Source of the DNA: Eledone cirrhosa
Taxonomy: Eukaryota
DNA: 57,012 nucleotides
Direction of reading: 5' to 3'
Assembly: GCA_964016885.1 (NCBI GenBank)
Contig: CAXHJY010000059.1
Location: forward strand, 1-57,012
Within the stretch, counting starts at the first letter, position 1. Each line of letters starts with the position of its first letter. Positions 21,031 to 37,989 of this stretch are shown here, one piece after another. Position numbers and translations under genes: made by a program. Below the pieces are notes generated by a model. The model saw only the letters and a program-made list of their open reading frames with translations, ran no database searches and was not told where the DNA came from.

Positions 21031-21075
21031 GAATTTGAACCATTAAGACCGTTGAGGTATGTCATACATCAATTC

Positions 21076-21145
21076 ATGTATTTTATCTGACGAGTACGTA
21101 CTGAGAACACGGTACAGTACCTTCGAAATATATATAATAAAACAT
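21076..21145 (+). ncRNA. Minimal hammerhead ribozyme motif
   Basis: Same as 4853-4922. Confidence 0.75.
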
Positions 21146-21269
21146 ATATTTGGAAATATTAGTAACTTCAGAAAATGTCACTGTAGAGTGCTTTTAATCT
21201 ATTGTAAAACTATATTCATTGAGTAATCAATGAACCATATTAATCTTTGGTTATGTATATATATATATA

Positions 21270-22802
21270 AGGTTCTATAGAAATAGTGGACAGCTTCCGT
21301 TACCTGGGTGACAAAATCAGCAGTGGGGAGGGTGCTCTGAATGTACAGTAGCTAGAGTCAGAACTGGATGGAAAAAGTTCAGAGAGCTTATACCACTATT
21401 AGCCGCTAAAGGGTTCTCCCTAAAAATGAAAGGCAGGTTGTATGATGCCTGCATACGAACAGCAATGTTGCATGGCAGTGAGACCTGGGCATTGTGTGCA
21501 GAGGATATACGCAGACTAGAGAGGAACGAAGCTTGCATGCTCCGCTGGACGTGTAATAGTAATATACGTGAACGGCAAAGCATAAACGAACTAAGGAAAA
21601 CGTTAGAAATAAGAGGGATCAGATGTTGTTTACTCGAGAGAAGGCTACGTTGGTATGGTCGCGTGATGCGCATGAAAGACGACAGCTGTATAACAAAGTG
21701 CAGGGCAATAAAGATAGATGGTAACCACGGAGTAGGCACCCCAGATAAACCTGGGACGACTTGATAAATTCCGACCTCACACACTTACAATGTGACTGGA
21801 CCGAGATCTTTGACGGTACTCAGTAATAGAGAAGACCCGCCTTACCTAAATACAAAGTAAAACCTACTACAGACAGTAGGCATCTCTAACAAAATACACT
21901 CCCGTCCCCCACCCCACCCCACCCCATCCACACTGCCCCTTTCAATGTAAAGGTATGTTGGTGCCACAACATGTAGGCCGAAACAAATGAGATCGTGTAG
22001 GTGTCACGACAATAAAAACACACAGTCCACGCTGTAATGTGGCCGTGTAGGCAACACGGTAAAAACCTCCCAGCCCCACACTGTAAATGTGGTTGGTGTT
22101 AGGAAGGGCATCCAGCTGTAGAAAACCTGCCAGACAGTCCACGCTGTAATGTGGCCGTGTAGGCAACACGGTAAAAACCTCCCAGACCCACACTGTAAAT
22201 GTGGTTGGTGTTAGGAAGGGCATCCAGCTGTAGAAAACCTGCCAGACAGTCCACGCTGTAATGTGGCCGTGTAGGCAACACGGTAAAAACCTCCCAGACC
22301 CACACTGTAAACGTGGTTGGTGTTAGGAAGGGCATCCAGCTGTAGAAAACCTGCCAGACAGTCCACGCTGTAATGTGGCCGTGTAGGCAACACGGTAAAA
22401 ACCTCCCAGCCCCACACTGTAAATGTGGTTGGTGTTAGGAAGGGCATCCAGCTGTAGAAAACCCGCCAGACAGTCCACGCTGTAATGTGGCCGTGTAGGC
22501 AACACGGTAAAAACCTCCCAGACCCACACTGTAAATGTGGTTGGTGTTAGGAAGGGCATCCAGCTGTAGAAAACCTGCCAGACAGTCCACGCTGTAATGT
22601 GGCCGTGTAGGCAACACGGTAAAAACCTCCCAGCCCCCACACTGTAAATGTGGTTGGTGTTAGGAAGGGCATCCAGCTGTAGAAAACCCGCCAGACAGTC
22701 CTATGCGAGCAAGACAACCACTCTTGCCTCAAGTGGGTAAACTCCCGTCCAAACCCATGCTAGCGTGGAACATGGACGTTAAACGATGATGATGATGATG
22801 AT
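21270..22802 (+). mobile_element. Module D copy 4: RTE 3' fragment with full 3' UTR and (GAT)n tail
   Basis: ORF 21426-21764; ends aaacccatgctagcgtggaacatggacgttaaac(gat)n. Confidence 0.9.
22022..22701 (+). repeat. Six tandem copies of a 112-bp unit inside the RTE 3' UTR
   Basis: acagtcc starts at 22022, 22134, 22246, 22358, 22470, 22582, 22695. Confidence 0.97.
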
Positions 22803-22810
22803 ATATATAT

Positions 22811-23418
22811 GGTGGCTGCCAACTCGTTTTCGAGTACGGCCATGACTTTATATCCATGTAGGAGAACCCCTACCGATACGCTGAACGAGTGTGACTTTTT
22901 AGTCCAGCCAGCGACTTGAAAACTCTGGTACAAACACTACACCTGTGACAATCATTGACACATAGTGCCGGGCCCATGGCACCATGTGACGACAAGTGCA
23001 GAGAGATCTCCAGATATAAAGCAATGCCTGTGCCGTGAAGCTTTTATAGTGAGGAAAAGCACTGCACAAAGCCAGTCCCACTCTCTTAACCAAGATGATA
23101 TTTACCAAAAAGAAGAACAAGCCAACATCATTGGATACCATCAGGGTTGCAGGTGTTATATCAGAGTTTTCCTTCTCCTAGAATTCTGCCTTTACAAAGG
23201 CTAAGGGGTCATCTCTCCCGGTGATTTTGGATGGCCATTGACTCTTAAGAGGTCCTTTGTCCTTTGACAGGTTTTGTTTTTAGTCCTGCAGGATTTCCAA
23301 AGTCACCCTCCTCACCAAGAAACCTTGGTGGGGTTGCCAGTTTAGTCGCCAACGACCCGACCATGAGACAGGTTGTACTGGGATACATGTTACCAGTAGC
23401 ACCAACTGGTGACCTGAC
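22811..23418 (-). mobile_element. Module A: ~610-bp internally deleted RTE-like element
   Basis: Minus strand: 5'-UTR-like ctaggagaaggaaaactctga; terminal finger [22 protein letters not shown] (22870-22947); 3' stem-loop ctcgaaaacgag. Confidence 0.7.
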
Positions 23419-23462
23419 ATAAGATATATATATATATATACATATACACATATATATACATA

Positions 23463-23528
<66 letters not shown>

Positions 23529-23618
23529 CATACATACATATATATACATACATATATACATACATATATATACACATATATATACATACATATATATATA
23601 CATACATATATATATATA

Positions 23619-23651
<33 letters not shown>

Positions 23652-24073
23652 ATACATATATATACATATATATATATACATAAATATATATACATATATA
23701 TATACATATATATATACATATATATATATACATATATATATACATATATATATATACATATATATATATACATATATATATATACATATATATATACATA
23801 TATATATACATATATATATACATATATATATACATATATATATACATATATATATACATATATATATACATATATATATACATATATATATACATATATA
23901 TATATACATATATATATACATACATATATATATACATATATATATACATATATATATACATACATATATATATACATATATATATACATACATATATATA
24001 TACATATATATATACATATATATACATATATATACATATATATATATATACATATATATACATATATATATAT

Positions 24074-24104
<31 letters not shown>

Positions 24105-24465
24105 CATATATATACATATATATATATACATATATATACATATATATACATATATATACATATATATATATACATATATATACATATATATACATATATA
24201 CATATACATATATACATATATATATACATACATATAATTACATATATACATATACATATATATACATATATACATATATATATATATATACATATATACA
24301 TATATATACATATACATATATACATATACATATATAAATATATATATATATAAACATATATATATATATATACACATATATATATATATACACATATATA
24401 TATATATACATAAATATATATATATACATAAATATATATATATATATACATAAATATATATATAT

Positions 24466-25571
24466 GGGGCCCTCTCGAGGGAAACACCGATAACAAGTGG
24501 GGTGCCCCAGGGGACAGTCCTGGGACCACTACTGTTTTTGGTGGCTCTCTCGGACATGCCCTCTGTGGTGCATGCAACAACATCCCTCACTAGCTATGCT
24601 GATGACACTAAGGTAGCACAGGCAATCAAAAACCCGGCTGACGCTGCCCTTTTACAGCAGGATCTGGATGCCATATACAAATGGGCGGAAGAAAACAACA
24701 TGCAGTTTAATGCTGGCAAATTCCAAGCCCTACAATACAAACCTGCAAACACAAATATAGTGGAACACAGCTACACAGGACCAGGAGGGACCGATATCCC
24801 CGTGTCAAAATCGATACGAGACCTGGGCATAGACATGAGCGATGATGCATCTTTTTCTTCACACATCATGAAAGTGGCGACAATGTGCAGACGACTCGCT
24901 AGCTGGATCTTGAGGACTTTCCGGACAAGAGATCGAGACACCATGTTGACACTGTGGAGGACTTTTGTCCTAAGCCGCCTGGACTACTGCTCCCAGTTGT
25001 GGTCACCCCATAGTGTCAAACTAACCACGGAGCTTGAGGCAATCCAGCGAAGCTACACCAAGAGGATTGCCAAGATGAGGGAGACAAGCTACTGGGAGAG
25101 GCTGAAAGAACTCAACCTCTACTCCTTGGAGCGAAGACGGGAGAGATACGCAGTGATCTACATGTGGAAAGTCCTGGAGGGACTAGCACCAAACTTTGGC
25201 ATTGGGAGCTGGACCAACCATCGAACAGGACGTCACTGTGTGGTGCCAAACGTCCCGTCTTCCACATCTAGAATGGGGAGCAGGTATTGCAATAGCCTAG
25301 GATTCAAGGGTCCTCAACTCTTCAACAGGCTGCCGAGGCATCTGAGAGACTTGCATGACGTGGAGGTGGATGTCTTTAAGAAACATCTCGACACCTTGTT
25401 ATCCAGGATCCCGGATGAGCCCACAGCAAGACACGAGGTAAACCTAACGGCAGCAGCAATAAACTCCCTCTTACACCAGTGGCCAACCTATACAGGCTGG
25501 AGATAAAATATGTAGCAACAAGGGAGGTGCCCCAGCATGGCCTCAGCCGGATGGCTCAAACAGGTAAAAGA

Positions 25572-25572
<1 letters not shown>
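24466..25572 (+). mobile_element. Module B copy 5 with open frame
   Basis: Same ends as the other full B copies. Confidence 0.92.
24502..25506 (+). CDS. Non-LTR retrotransposon reverse transcriptase, C-terminal part (uninterrupted, no real start codon)
   Basis: 334 aa with PQG/YADD/DLGI motifs. Confidence 0.55.
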   Translation: MPQGTVLGPLLFLVALSDMPSVVHATTSLTSYADDTKVAQAIKNPADAALLQQDLDAIYKWAEENNMQFNAGKFQALQYKPANTNIVEHSYTGPGGTDIPVSKSIRDLGIDMSDDASFSSHIMKVATMCRRLASWILRTFRTRDRDTMLTLWRTFVLSRLDYCSQLWSPHSVKLTTELEAIQRSYTKRIAKMRETSYWERLKELNLYSLERRRERYAVIYMWKVLEGLAPNFGIGSWTNHRTGRHCVVPNVPSSTSRMGSRYCNSLGFKGPQLFNRLPRHLRDLHDVEVDVFKKHLDTLLSRIPDEPTARHEVNLTAAAINSLLHQWPTYTGWR

Positions 25573-25612
<40 letters not shown>

Positions 25613-25957
25613 AATATATATATATACATAAATATATATATATATATACATATATATATACATAAATATATATATATATACACACATAAATATATATATA
25701 TACATAAATATATATATATATATACATATATATATACATAAACATATATATATACATATATACATATATATATACATATATACATATATACATATATATA
25801 CACATACATATATATATATATATACATATATACATATATATATATATATACATATATACATATATATATATACATATATATACATATATATATATATACA
25901 TAAATATATATACATACATAAATATATATATATACATAAATATATATATATATATAT

Positions 25958-26036
<79 letters not shown>

Positions 26037-26088
26037 AATATATATATATATATATACATAAATATATATATATATATATACATAAATA

Positions 26089-26196
<108 letters not shown>

Positions 26197-26325
26197 AATA
26201 TATATATATACATAAATATATATATATAAACATAAATATATATATATATACATAAATATATATATATATATACATAACTATATATATATATACATAAATA
26301 TATATATATATATACACATAAATAT

Positions 26326-26356
<31 letters not shown>

Positions 26357-26385
26357 CATAAATATATATATATATACATAAATAT

Positions 26386-26416
<31 letters not shown>

Positions 26417-26417
26417 C

Positions 26418-26466
<49 letters not shown>

Positions 26467-26651
26467 CATAAATATATATATGTATATACATAAATATATA
26501 TATATATATATACATAAATATATATATATATATATAAATATATATATATATACATAAATATATATATATATATATACATAAATATATATATATATATATA
26601 AATATATATATATATACATAAATATATATATATATATATACATAAATATAT

Positions 26652-26684
<33 letters not shown>

Positions 26685-26706
26685 AATATATATATATATA
26701 CATAAA

Positions 26707-26738
<32 letters not shown>

Positions 26739-26819
26739 CATAAATATATATATATATATACATAAATATATATATATATATACATAAATATATATATATA
26801 TATACATAAATATATATAT

Positions 26820-26850
<31 letters not shown>

Positions 26851-26957
26851 CATAAATATATATATATATATACATAAATATATATATATATATATACATA
26901 AATATATATATATATATACATAAATATATATATATATATATACATAAATATATATAT

Positions 26958-26988
<31 letters not shown>

Positions 26989-26995
26989 CATAAAT

Positions 26996-27026
<31 letters not shown>

Positions 27027-27061
27027 AATATATAAATATATATATATATATAAATATATAA

Positions 27062-27162
<101 letters not shown>

Positions 27163-27229
27163 CATACATAAATATATATATATATATATATATAAATATA
27201 TATATATATAAATATATATATATATAAAT

Positions 27230-27278
<49 letters not shown>

Positions 27279-27279
27279 C

Positions 27280-27372
<93 letters not shown>

Positions 27373-27373
27373 A

Positions 27374-27410
<37 letters not shown>

Positions 27411-27421
27411 AATATACATAT

Positions 27422-27506
<85 letters not shown>

Positions 27507-27603
27507 CATAAATATATATATATATATATACATAAATATATATATATATATATATATACATAAATATATATATATATATACACATATATATATATATACA
27601 TAA

Positions 27604-27652
<49 letters not shown>

Positions 27653-27761
27653 CATATATACACATATATGTATATAAACACATATATATATACATATATA
27701 TATATCTACATATATATATAAACACACATATATATATATAAACACATACATATATATATAA

Positions 27762-27792
<31 letters not shown>

Positions 27793-27876
27793 AACACACA
27801 TATATATATATATATATAAACACACACATATATACATATAAACACACATATATATATATATATATAAACACACACT

Positions 27877-27911
<35 letters not shown>

Positions 27912-27917
27912 GTATAT

Positions 27918-28074
27918 AAGTGTATAGAAAGTTGATATCATGAAGATACGAGTTTCAATACCACACAGTCACTAATGGCTACTTCGTTCTGCGGTCTTTT
28001 AAGGTTATTCACCCAATTTTACAAGATATCGCCTTTTGTTTGTCATTACTGTATACTTACTTTTGCAGACCCTA

Positions 28075-28128
<54 letters not shown>

Positions 28129-28199
28129 CAGAATATTAATAAATGAAGACATTCACATAATCAAAATATATGTTTTATTAAATATATTTCGAAGGTACT
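27918..28199. mobile_element. Module C truncated copy
   Basis: Stops at tttcgaaggtact (inside hammerhead stem II) and returns to a TA tract. Confidence 0.7.
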
Positions 28200-28337
28200 A
28201 TATATACATAAATATATATATATATATATATACATAAATATATATATATAAATACATAAATATATATATATATACATAAATATATATATATATACATAAA
28301 TATATATATATATACATAAATATATATATATATATAC

Positions 28338-28398
<61 letters not shown>

Positions 28399-28513
28399 AA
28401 TATATATATATACATAAATATATATATATATACATAAATATATATATATATACACAAATATATATATATATATATACATAAATATACATAAATATATATA
28501 TATATATACATAA

Positions 28514-28546
<33 letters not shown>

Positions 28547-28559
28547 CATAAATATATAC

Positions 28560-28614
<55 letters not shown>

Positions 28615-28617
28615 TAA

Positions 28618-28660
<43 letters not shown>

Positions 28661-28698
28661 AATATATACATATATATATATATACATAAATATATACA

Positions 28699-28736
<38 letters not shown>

Positions 28737-29096
28737 CATAAATATATATATATATATACATAAATATATATATATATACATAAATATATATATATATATA
28801 CATAAATATATATATATAAACATAAATATATATATATATATATACATAAATATTTACATATATATATATATATACATAAATATATATATATATATACATA
28901 AATATATATATATATATACATAAATATATATATATATATACACATAAATATATATATATATATACACATAAATATATATATATATATATACACATAAATA
29001 TATATATATATATACACATAAATATATATATATATATACACATAAATATATATATATATATACACATAAATATATATATATATATATACACATATA

Positions 29097-29132
<36 letters not shown>

Positions 29133-29153
29133 CATACATACATATATATATAC

Positions 29154-29188
<35 letters not shown>

Positions 29189-29189
29189 C

Positions 29190-29294
<105 letters not shown>

Positions 29295-29369
29295 AATATA
29301 TATATACATATATATATACATAAATATATATATATATACATAAATATATATATATACATATATATATAT

Positions 29370-29449
<80 letters not shown>

Positions 29450-29508
29450 GTATATATATATGTGTATATATATATATATATATACATATATATACATATA
29501 TATATATA

Positions 29509-29548
<40 letters not shown>

Positions 29549-29663
29549 CATATATATACATATATATATATATATACATATATACACATATATATACATA
29601 TATACACATATATATACATATATATATAAACACATATATATATACATATATATATATAAACAC

Positions 29664-29694
<31 letters not shown>

Positions 29695-29702
29695 AACACA
29701 CA

Positions 29703-29762
<60 letters not shown>

Positions 29763-29922
29763 AATAAGTGTATAGAAAGTAGATATCTTGAAGATACGAG
29801 GTTCAATACCACACAGTCACTAATGGCTACTTCGTTCTGCGGTCTATTAAGGTTATTCACCCAATTTTACAAGATATCGCTTTTTGTTTGTCATTACTGT
29901 ATACTTACTTTTGCAGACCCTA

Positions 29923-29971
<49 letters not shown>

Positions 29972-29978
29972 GACCCCA

Positions 29979-30020
<42 letters not shown>

Positions 30021-30069
30021 TTATTATTCAGAATATTAATAAATGAAGACATTCACATAATCAAAATAT

Positions 30070-30138
30070 ATGTTTTATTACATATATTTCGAAGGTACTG
30101 CGCTGTTTTTCAGTACGTCCTCGTCAGATAAAATACAT
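30070..30138 (-). ncRNA. Minimal hammerhead ribozyme motif
   Basis: Core and stems intact; loop II one base shorter. Confidence 0.8.
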
Positions 30139-30183
30139 GAATTTGAACCATTAAGACCGTTGAGGTATGTCATACATCAATTC

Positions 30184-30253
30184 ATGTATTTTATCTGACG
30201 ATTACGTACTGAGAACACGGTACAGCACCTTCGAAATATATATAATAAAACAT
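30184..30253 (+). ncRNA. Hammerhead motif, damaged stem II
   Basis: ctgacga Ttacgtactg...cagCaccttc gaaa: closing G-C pair lost. Confidence 0.5.
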
Positions 30254-30375
30254 ATATTTTGATTATGTGAATGTCTTCATTTATTAATAACTTCAGGAAA
30301 TGTCACTGTAGAGTGCTTTTAATCTATTGTAAAACTATATTCATTGAGTAATCAATGAACCATATTAATCTTTGG

Positions 30376-30408
<33 letters not shown>

Positions 30409-30412
<4 letters not shown>

Positions 30413-31397
30413 TCTATAGAAATAGCGGACAGCTTCCGTTACCTGGGTTACAAAATCAGCAGTGGGGGAGGGTGCTCTGAATGTACAGTAGCTAGAGTCA
30501 GAACTGGATGGAAAAAGTTCAGAGAGCTTATACCACTATTAGCCGCTAAAGGGTTTTCCCTAAAAATGAAAGGCAGGTTGTATGATGCCTGCATACGAAC
30601 AGCAATGTTGCATGGCAGTGAGACCTGGGCATTGTGTGCAGAGGATATACGCAGACTAGAGAGGAACGAAGCTTGCATGCTCCGCTGGATGTGTAATAGT
30701 AATATACGTGAACGGCAAAGCATAAACGAACTAAGGAAAACATTAGAAATAAGAGGGACCAGATGTTGTTTACTCGAGAGAAGGCTACGTTGGTGTGGTC
30801 ACGTGATGCGCATGAAAGACGACAGCTGTATAACAAAGTGCAGGGCAATAAAGATAGACGGTAGCCACGGAGTAGGCAGACCCAGAAAACCTGGGACGAC
30901 CTGATACATTCCGACCTCACACACTTACACCTCTCCAAGACAATGTCACTGGGCCGAGATCTTTGGCGGTACTCAGTAATAGAGAAGACCCGCTTTACCT
31001 AAATACAAAGTAAAACCTACTACAGTCAGTAGGCATCTCTAACAAAATACACTCCCGTCCCCCACCCCACAGCACCCCATCCCCACTTCCCCTTTCAATG
31101 TAAAGGTATGTTGGTGCCACAACATCTAGGCCGAAACAAATAAGATCGTGTAGGTGTCACGACAATAAAAACACACAGTCCACGCTGTAATGTGGCCGTG
31201 TAGGCAACACGGTAAAAACCTCCCAGCCCCACACTGTAAATGTGGTTGGTGTTAGGAAGGGCATCCAGCTGTAGAAAACCGGCCAGACAGTCCTATGCGA
31301 GCAAGACAACCACTCTTGCCTCAAGTGGGAAAACTCCCGTCCAAACCCATGCAAGCGTGGAACATGGACGTTAAATGATGATGATGATGATGATGAT
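30409..31397 (+). mobile_element. Module D copy 5: RTE 3' fragment with (GAT)n tail
   Basis: ORF 30566-30904; single 112-bp unit; tail ggacgttaaat(gat)n. Confidence 0.9.
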
Positions 31398-31480
31398 GCT
31401 ATATATATATACATATATATACATATACATATACACATATATATACATATATACATATACACATATACATATATATATAC

Positions 31481-31513
<33 letters not shown>

Positions 31514-31634
31514 CATATATATATACATATATATGTACATATATATATATACATATATATTTATATACATATATATGTACATATATATATATACATATAT
31601 ATATATACATATATATGTACATATATATATATAC

Positions 31635-31682
<48 letters not shown>

Positions 31683-31694
31683 ATATACATATAC

Positions 31695-31825
<131 letters not shown>

Positions 31826-32198
31826 CATATATATATATACATATATATATATACATATATATATATACATATATATATACATATATATATATACATATAT
31901 ATATATACATATATATATATACATATATATATATACATATACATATATACATATACATATATACATATACATATATATGTACATATATATATATACATAT
32001 ATATATACATATATACATATATATATATACATATATATATATACATATATATATATATACATATACATATATATATATACATATATATATATACATACAC
32101 ATATATATATATACATATATATATATACATATATATATATATACATATATACATATATACATATACATATATACATATATATATACATATATATATAC

Positions 32199-32241
<43 letters not shown>

Positions 32242-32270
32242 CATATATATATACATATATATACATATAT

Positions 32271-32879
32271 GGTGGCTGCCAACTCGTTTTCGAGTACGGC
32301 CACTACTTTATATCCATGTAGGAGAACCCCTACTGATGCGCTGAACGAGTGTGGCTGTTTAGTCCAGCCAGCGACTTGAAAACTCTGGTACAAACACTAC
32401 ACTTGTGACAATTATTGACACATAGTGCTGGGCCCCTGGTACCATGTGACGACAAGTGCAGAGAGATCTCCAGATATAAAGCAATGCCTGTGCTGTGAAG
32501 CTTTTATAGTGAGCAAAGGCACTGCACAAAGCCAGTCCCACTCTCTTAACCAAGATGATATTTACCAAAAAGAAGAACAAGTCAACATCATTGGATACCA
32601 TCAGGGTTGCAGGTGTTATATCAGAGTTTTCCTTCTCCTAGAATTCTGCCTTGACAAAGGCTAAGGGGTCATCTCTCCCGGTGATTTTGGATGGCCATTG
32701 ACTCTTCAGAGCTTCTTTGCCCTTTGACAGATTTTGTTTTTAGTCCTGCAGGATGTCCAAAGTCACCCTCCTCACCAAGAAACCTTGCTGGGGTTGCCAG
32801 TTTAGTCGCCAACGACCCGACCATGAGACAGGTTGTACTGGGATACATGTTACCAGTAGCACCAACTGGTGACCTGACC
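32271..32879 (-). mobile_element. Module A: ~610-bp internally deleted RTE-like element
   Basis: Minus 32330-32407 reads [25 protein letters not shown] (C2H2 finger). Confidence 0.72.
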
Positions 32880-33069
32880 ATATATATATAGGTATATATA
32901 TACATATATATATACCTATATATATACATATATATATACCTATATATATACATATACCTATATATATACATATACCTATATATATACATATACCTATATA
33001 TATACATATACCTATATATATACATATACCTATATATATACATAAATATATATATACATATATATATAC

Positions 33070-33132
<63 letters not shown>

Positions 33133-33558
33133 CATATATATATACATATATATATATATACATATACATATATATACATATACATATATATATACATATA
33201 TATACATATATATACATATATATATATATACATATATACATATATACATATATATATACATATATATACATATACATATATACATATATACATATATATA
33301 TACATATATATACATATACATATATACATATACATACATATACATATATACATATACATATATATACATATATACATATACATATACATACATATATATA
33401 TATACATACATATATATATATACATACATATATATACGTATATATATATACATATATATATACATACATATAATTACATATATACATATACATATATATA
33501 CATATACGTATACATATATACATATATATATACATACATATAATTACATATATACATA

Positions 33559-33590
<32 letters not shown>

Positions 33591-33655
33591 CATATATATA
33601 TACATATACATATATACATATATATATACATATATACATATACATACATATATAC

Positions 33656-33686
<31 letters not shown>

Positions 33687-33784
33687 CATATATATATACA
33701 TATATATATATATACATATATATATACATATACATATATACATATATATATACATATATATATATATATACGTATATATAAACA

Positions 33785-33818
<34 letters not shown>

Positions 33819-33833
33819 CATATAGATATATAC

Positions 33834-33872
<39 letters not shown>

Positions 33873-33995
33873 CATAAATATATATATATATATATACATA
33901 AATATATATATATACATATATATATATACATAAATATATATATACATAAATATATATACATAAATATATATATATATATACATAAATATATATAT

Positions 33996-35097
33996 GGGGC
34001 CCTCTCGAGGGAAACACCGATAACAAGTGGGTGCCCCAGGGGACAGTCCTGGGACCACTACTGTTTATGGTGGCTCTCTCGGACATGCCTTCTGTGGTGC
34101 ATGCAACAACATCCCTCACTAGCTATGCTGATGACACTAAGATAGCACAGGCAATCAAAAACCCGGCTGACGCTGCCCTTTTACAGCAGGATCTGGATGC
34201 CATATACAGATGGGCGGAAGAAAACAACATGCAGTTTAATGCTGGCAAATTCCAAGCCCTACAATACAAACCTGCAAACACAAATATAGTGGAACACAGC
34301 TACACAGGACCAGGAGGGACCGATATCCCCGTGTCAAAATAGATACGAGACCTGGGCATAGACATGAGCGATGATGCATCTTCTTCTTCACACATCATGA
34401 ACGTGGCGACAATGTGCAGACGACTCACAGGCTGTATCTTGAGGACTTTCCGGACAAGAGATCGAGAGACCATGTTGACACAGTGGAGGACTTTTGTCCT
34501 AAGCCGCCTGGACTACTGCTCCCAGTTGTGGTCACCCCATAGTGTCAAACTAACCACGGAGCTTGAGGCAATCCAGCGAAGCTACACCAAGAGGATTGCC
34601 AAGATGAGGGAGACAAGCTACTGGGAGAGGCTGAAAGAACTGAACCTCTACTCCTTGGAGCGAAGACGGGAGAGATACGCAGTGATCTACATGTGGAAAG
34701 TCCTGGAGGGACTAGCACCAAACTTTGGCATTGGGAGCTGGACCAACGGTCGAACAGGACGTCACTGTGTGGTGCCAAAGGTCCCGTCTTCCACATCTAT
34801 AATAAGGAGCAGGTATTGCAATAGCCTGGGATTCAAGGACCCACAACTCTTCAACAGGCTGCCGAGGCATCTGAGAGACTTGCATGACGTGGAGGTGGAT
34901 GTCTTTAAGAAATATCTCGACACCTTGTTATCCAGGATCCCGGATAAGCCCACAGCAAGACACGAGGGAAGCCTAAGGGTAGCAGCAACAAACTCCTTAC
35001 ACCAGTGGCCAACCTATACAGGCTGGAGATAAAATGTGTAGCAATAAAGCGGTGGCCCAGCATGGCCTCAGCCGGATGGCTGAAACAGGTAAAAGAG
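33996..35097 (+). mobile_element. Module B copy 6, disrupted
   Basis: TAG at 34340-34342 shared with copy 1; ORFs 34031-34342 and 34364-35032. Confidence 0.9.
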
Positions 35098-35150
35098 TAT
35101 ATATATATATATATATATATACATATATATATACATAAATATATATATAA

Positions 35151-35185
<35 letters not shown>

Positions 35186-35320
35186 CATAAATATATATAT
35201 ATATACATAAATATATATATATATACATATGTATATATATATATACAAAAATATATATATATATACATAAATATATATATATATATACATATATACATAT
35301 ATACATATATACATATACAC

Positions 35321-35365
<45 letters not shown>

Positions 35366-35370
35366 CATAA

Positions 35371-35415
<45 letters not shown>

Positions 35416-35420
35416 CATAA

Positions 35421-35465
<45 letters not shown>

Positions 35466-35470
35466 CATAA

Positions 35471-35505
<35 letters not shown>

Positions 35506-35510
35506 CATAA

Positions 35511-35555
<45 letters not shown>

Positions 35556-35560
35556 CATAA

Positions 35561-35605
<45 letters not shown>

Positions 35606-35610
35606 CATAA

Positions 35611-35655
<45 letters not shown>

Positions 35656-35657
35656 CA

Positions 35658-35688
<31 letters not shown>

Positions 35689-35719
35689 CATATATATATA
35701 CATAAATATATATATATAC

Positions 35720-36013
<294 letters not shown>

Positions 36014-36065
36014 AATATATATATATATATATATATATACATAAATATATATAATATATATATAT

Positions 36066-36104
<39 letters not shown>

Positions 36105-36105
36105 A

Positions 36106-36262
<157 letters not shown>

Positions 36263-36299
36263 TACATAAATATATATATATATATATATACATATATAC

Positions 36300-36406
<107 letters not shown>

Positions 36407-36513
36407 AATATATATATATATACATAAATATATATATATATATATATATATACATAATATATATATATATATATATATATACATAAATATATATATATAT
36501 ATATATATACATA

Positions 36514-36587
<74 letters not shown>

Positions 36588-36600
36588 AATATATATATAC

Positions 36601-36641
<41 letters not shown>

Positions 36642-36664
36642 AATATATATATATATATATATAC

Positions 36665-36807
<143 letters not shown>

Positions 36808-36832
36808 AATATATATATATATATATATATAC

Positions 36833-36905
<73 letters not shown>

Positions 36906-36936
36906 CATAAATACATAAATATATATATATATATAC

Positions 36937-37009
<73 letters not shown>

Positions 37010-37018
37010 CATAAATAC

Positions 37019-37057
<39 letters not shown>

Positions 37058-37081
37058 AATATATATATATATATATATATA

Positions 37082-37131
<50 letters not shown>

Positions 37132-37140
37132 AATATATAC

Positions 37141-37321
<181 letters not shown>

Positions 37322-37347
37322 TATATATATATATAAATAAATAAATA

Positions 37348-37383
<36 letters not shown>

Positions 37384-37390
37384 AATAAAT

Positions 37391-37423
<33 letters not shown>

Positions 37424-37434
37424 AATAAATAAAT

Positions 37435-37469
<35 letters not shown>

Positions 37470-37473
37470 AATA

Positions 37474-37531
<58 letters not shown>

Positions 37532-37532
37532 C

Positions 37533-37607
<75 letters not shown>

Positions 37608-37800
37608 AGTGTATAGAAAGTTGATACCTTGAAGATACGAGTTTCAATACCACACAGCCCCTCCGTTCCACATGGCTCCTTCGTTCTGCGGTCTTTTAAG
37701 GTTATTCACCCAATTTCACAAGATATCGCGTTTTGTTTGTCATTACTGTATACTTACTTTTGCAGACCCTAGTATATATATATATATATGTAGACCCTAG

Positions 37801-37833
<33 letters not shown>

Positions 37834-37874
37834 CAGAATATTAATAAATGAAGACATTCACATAATTAAAATAT

Positions 37875-37944
37875 ATGTTTTATTACATATATTCCGATGG
37901 TACTTTGGTGTTTTTTCAGTACGTCCTCGTCAGATAAAATACAT
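37875..37944 (-). ncRNA. Hammerhead motif, core mutated (GAAA to GGAA)
   Basis: Plus strand attccgatggtac versus atttcgaaggtac elsewhere. Confidence 0.45.
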
Positions 37945-37989
37945 GAATTTGAACCATTAAGACCGTTGAGGTATGTCATACATCAATTC

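Larger units (their letters stand above)
20705..21253. mobile_element. Module C copy 4 (right arm partly deleted after ~21150)
   Basis: aacatatatttggaaatattag replaces ~40 bp present in other copies. Confidence 0.65.
29766..30378. mobile_element. Module C copy 5
   Basis: Inverted repeat ~30022-30290; short deletion at the end of the right arm. Confidence 0.65.

Noticed and set aside
22022-22701. CRISPR-like regular array
   Set aside because: Whole units repeat with no unique spacers; no cas genes; derived from a LINE UTR.
22899-23204. 79-80 aa ORFs on both strands of module A
   Set aside because: No recognisable motif; conservation between copies reflects recent duplication. The informative frame is the short zinc finger.
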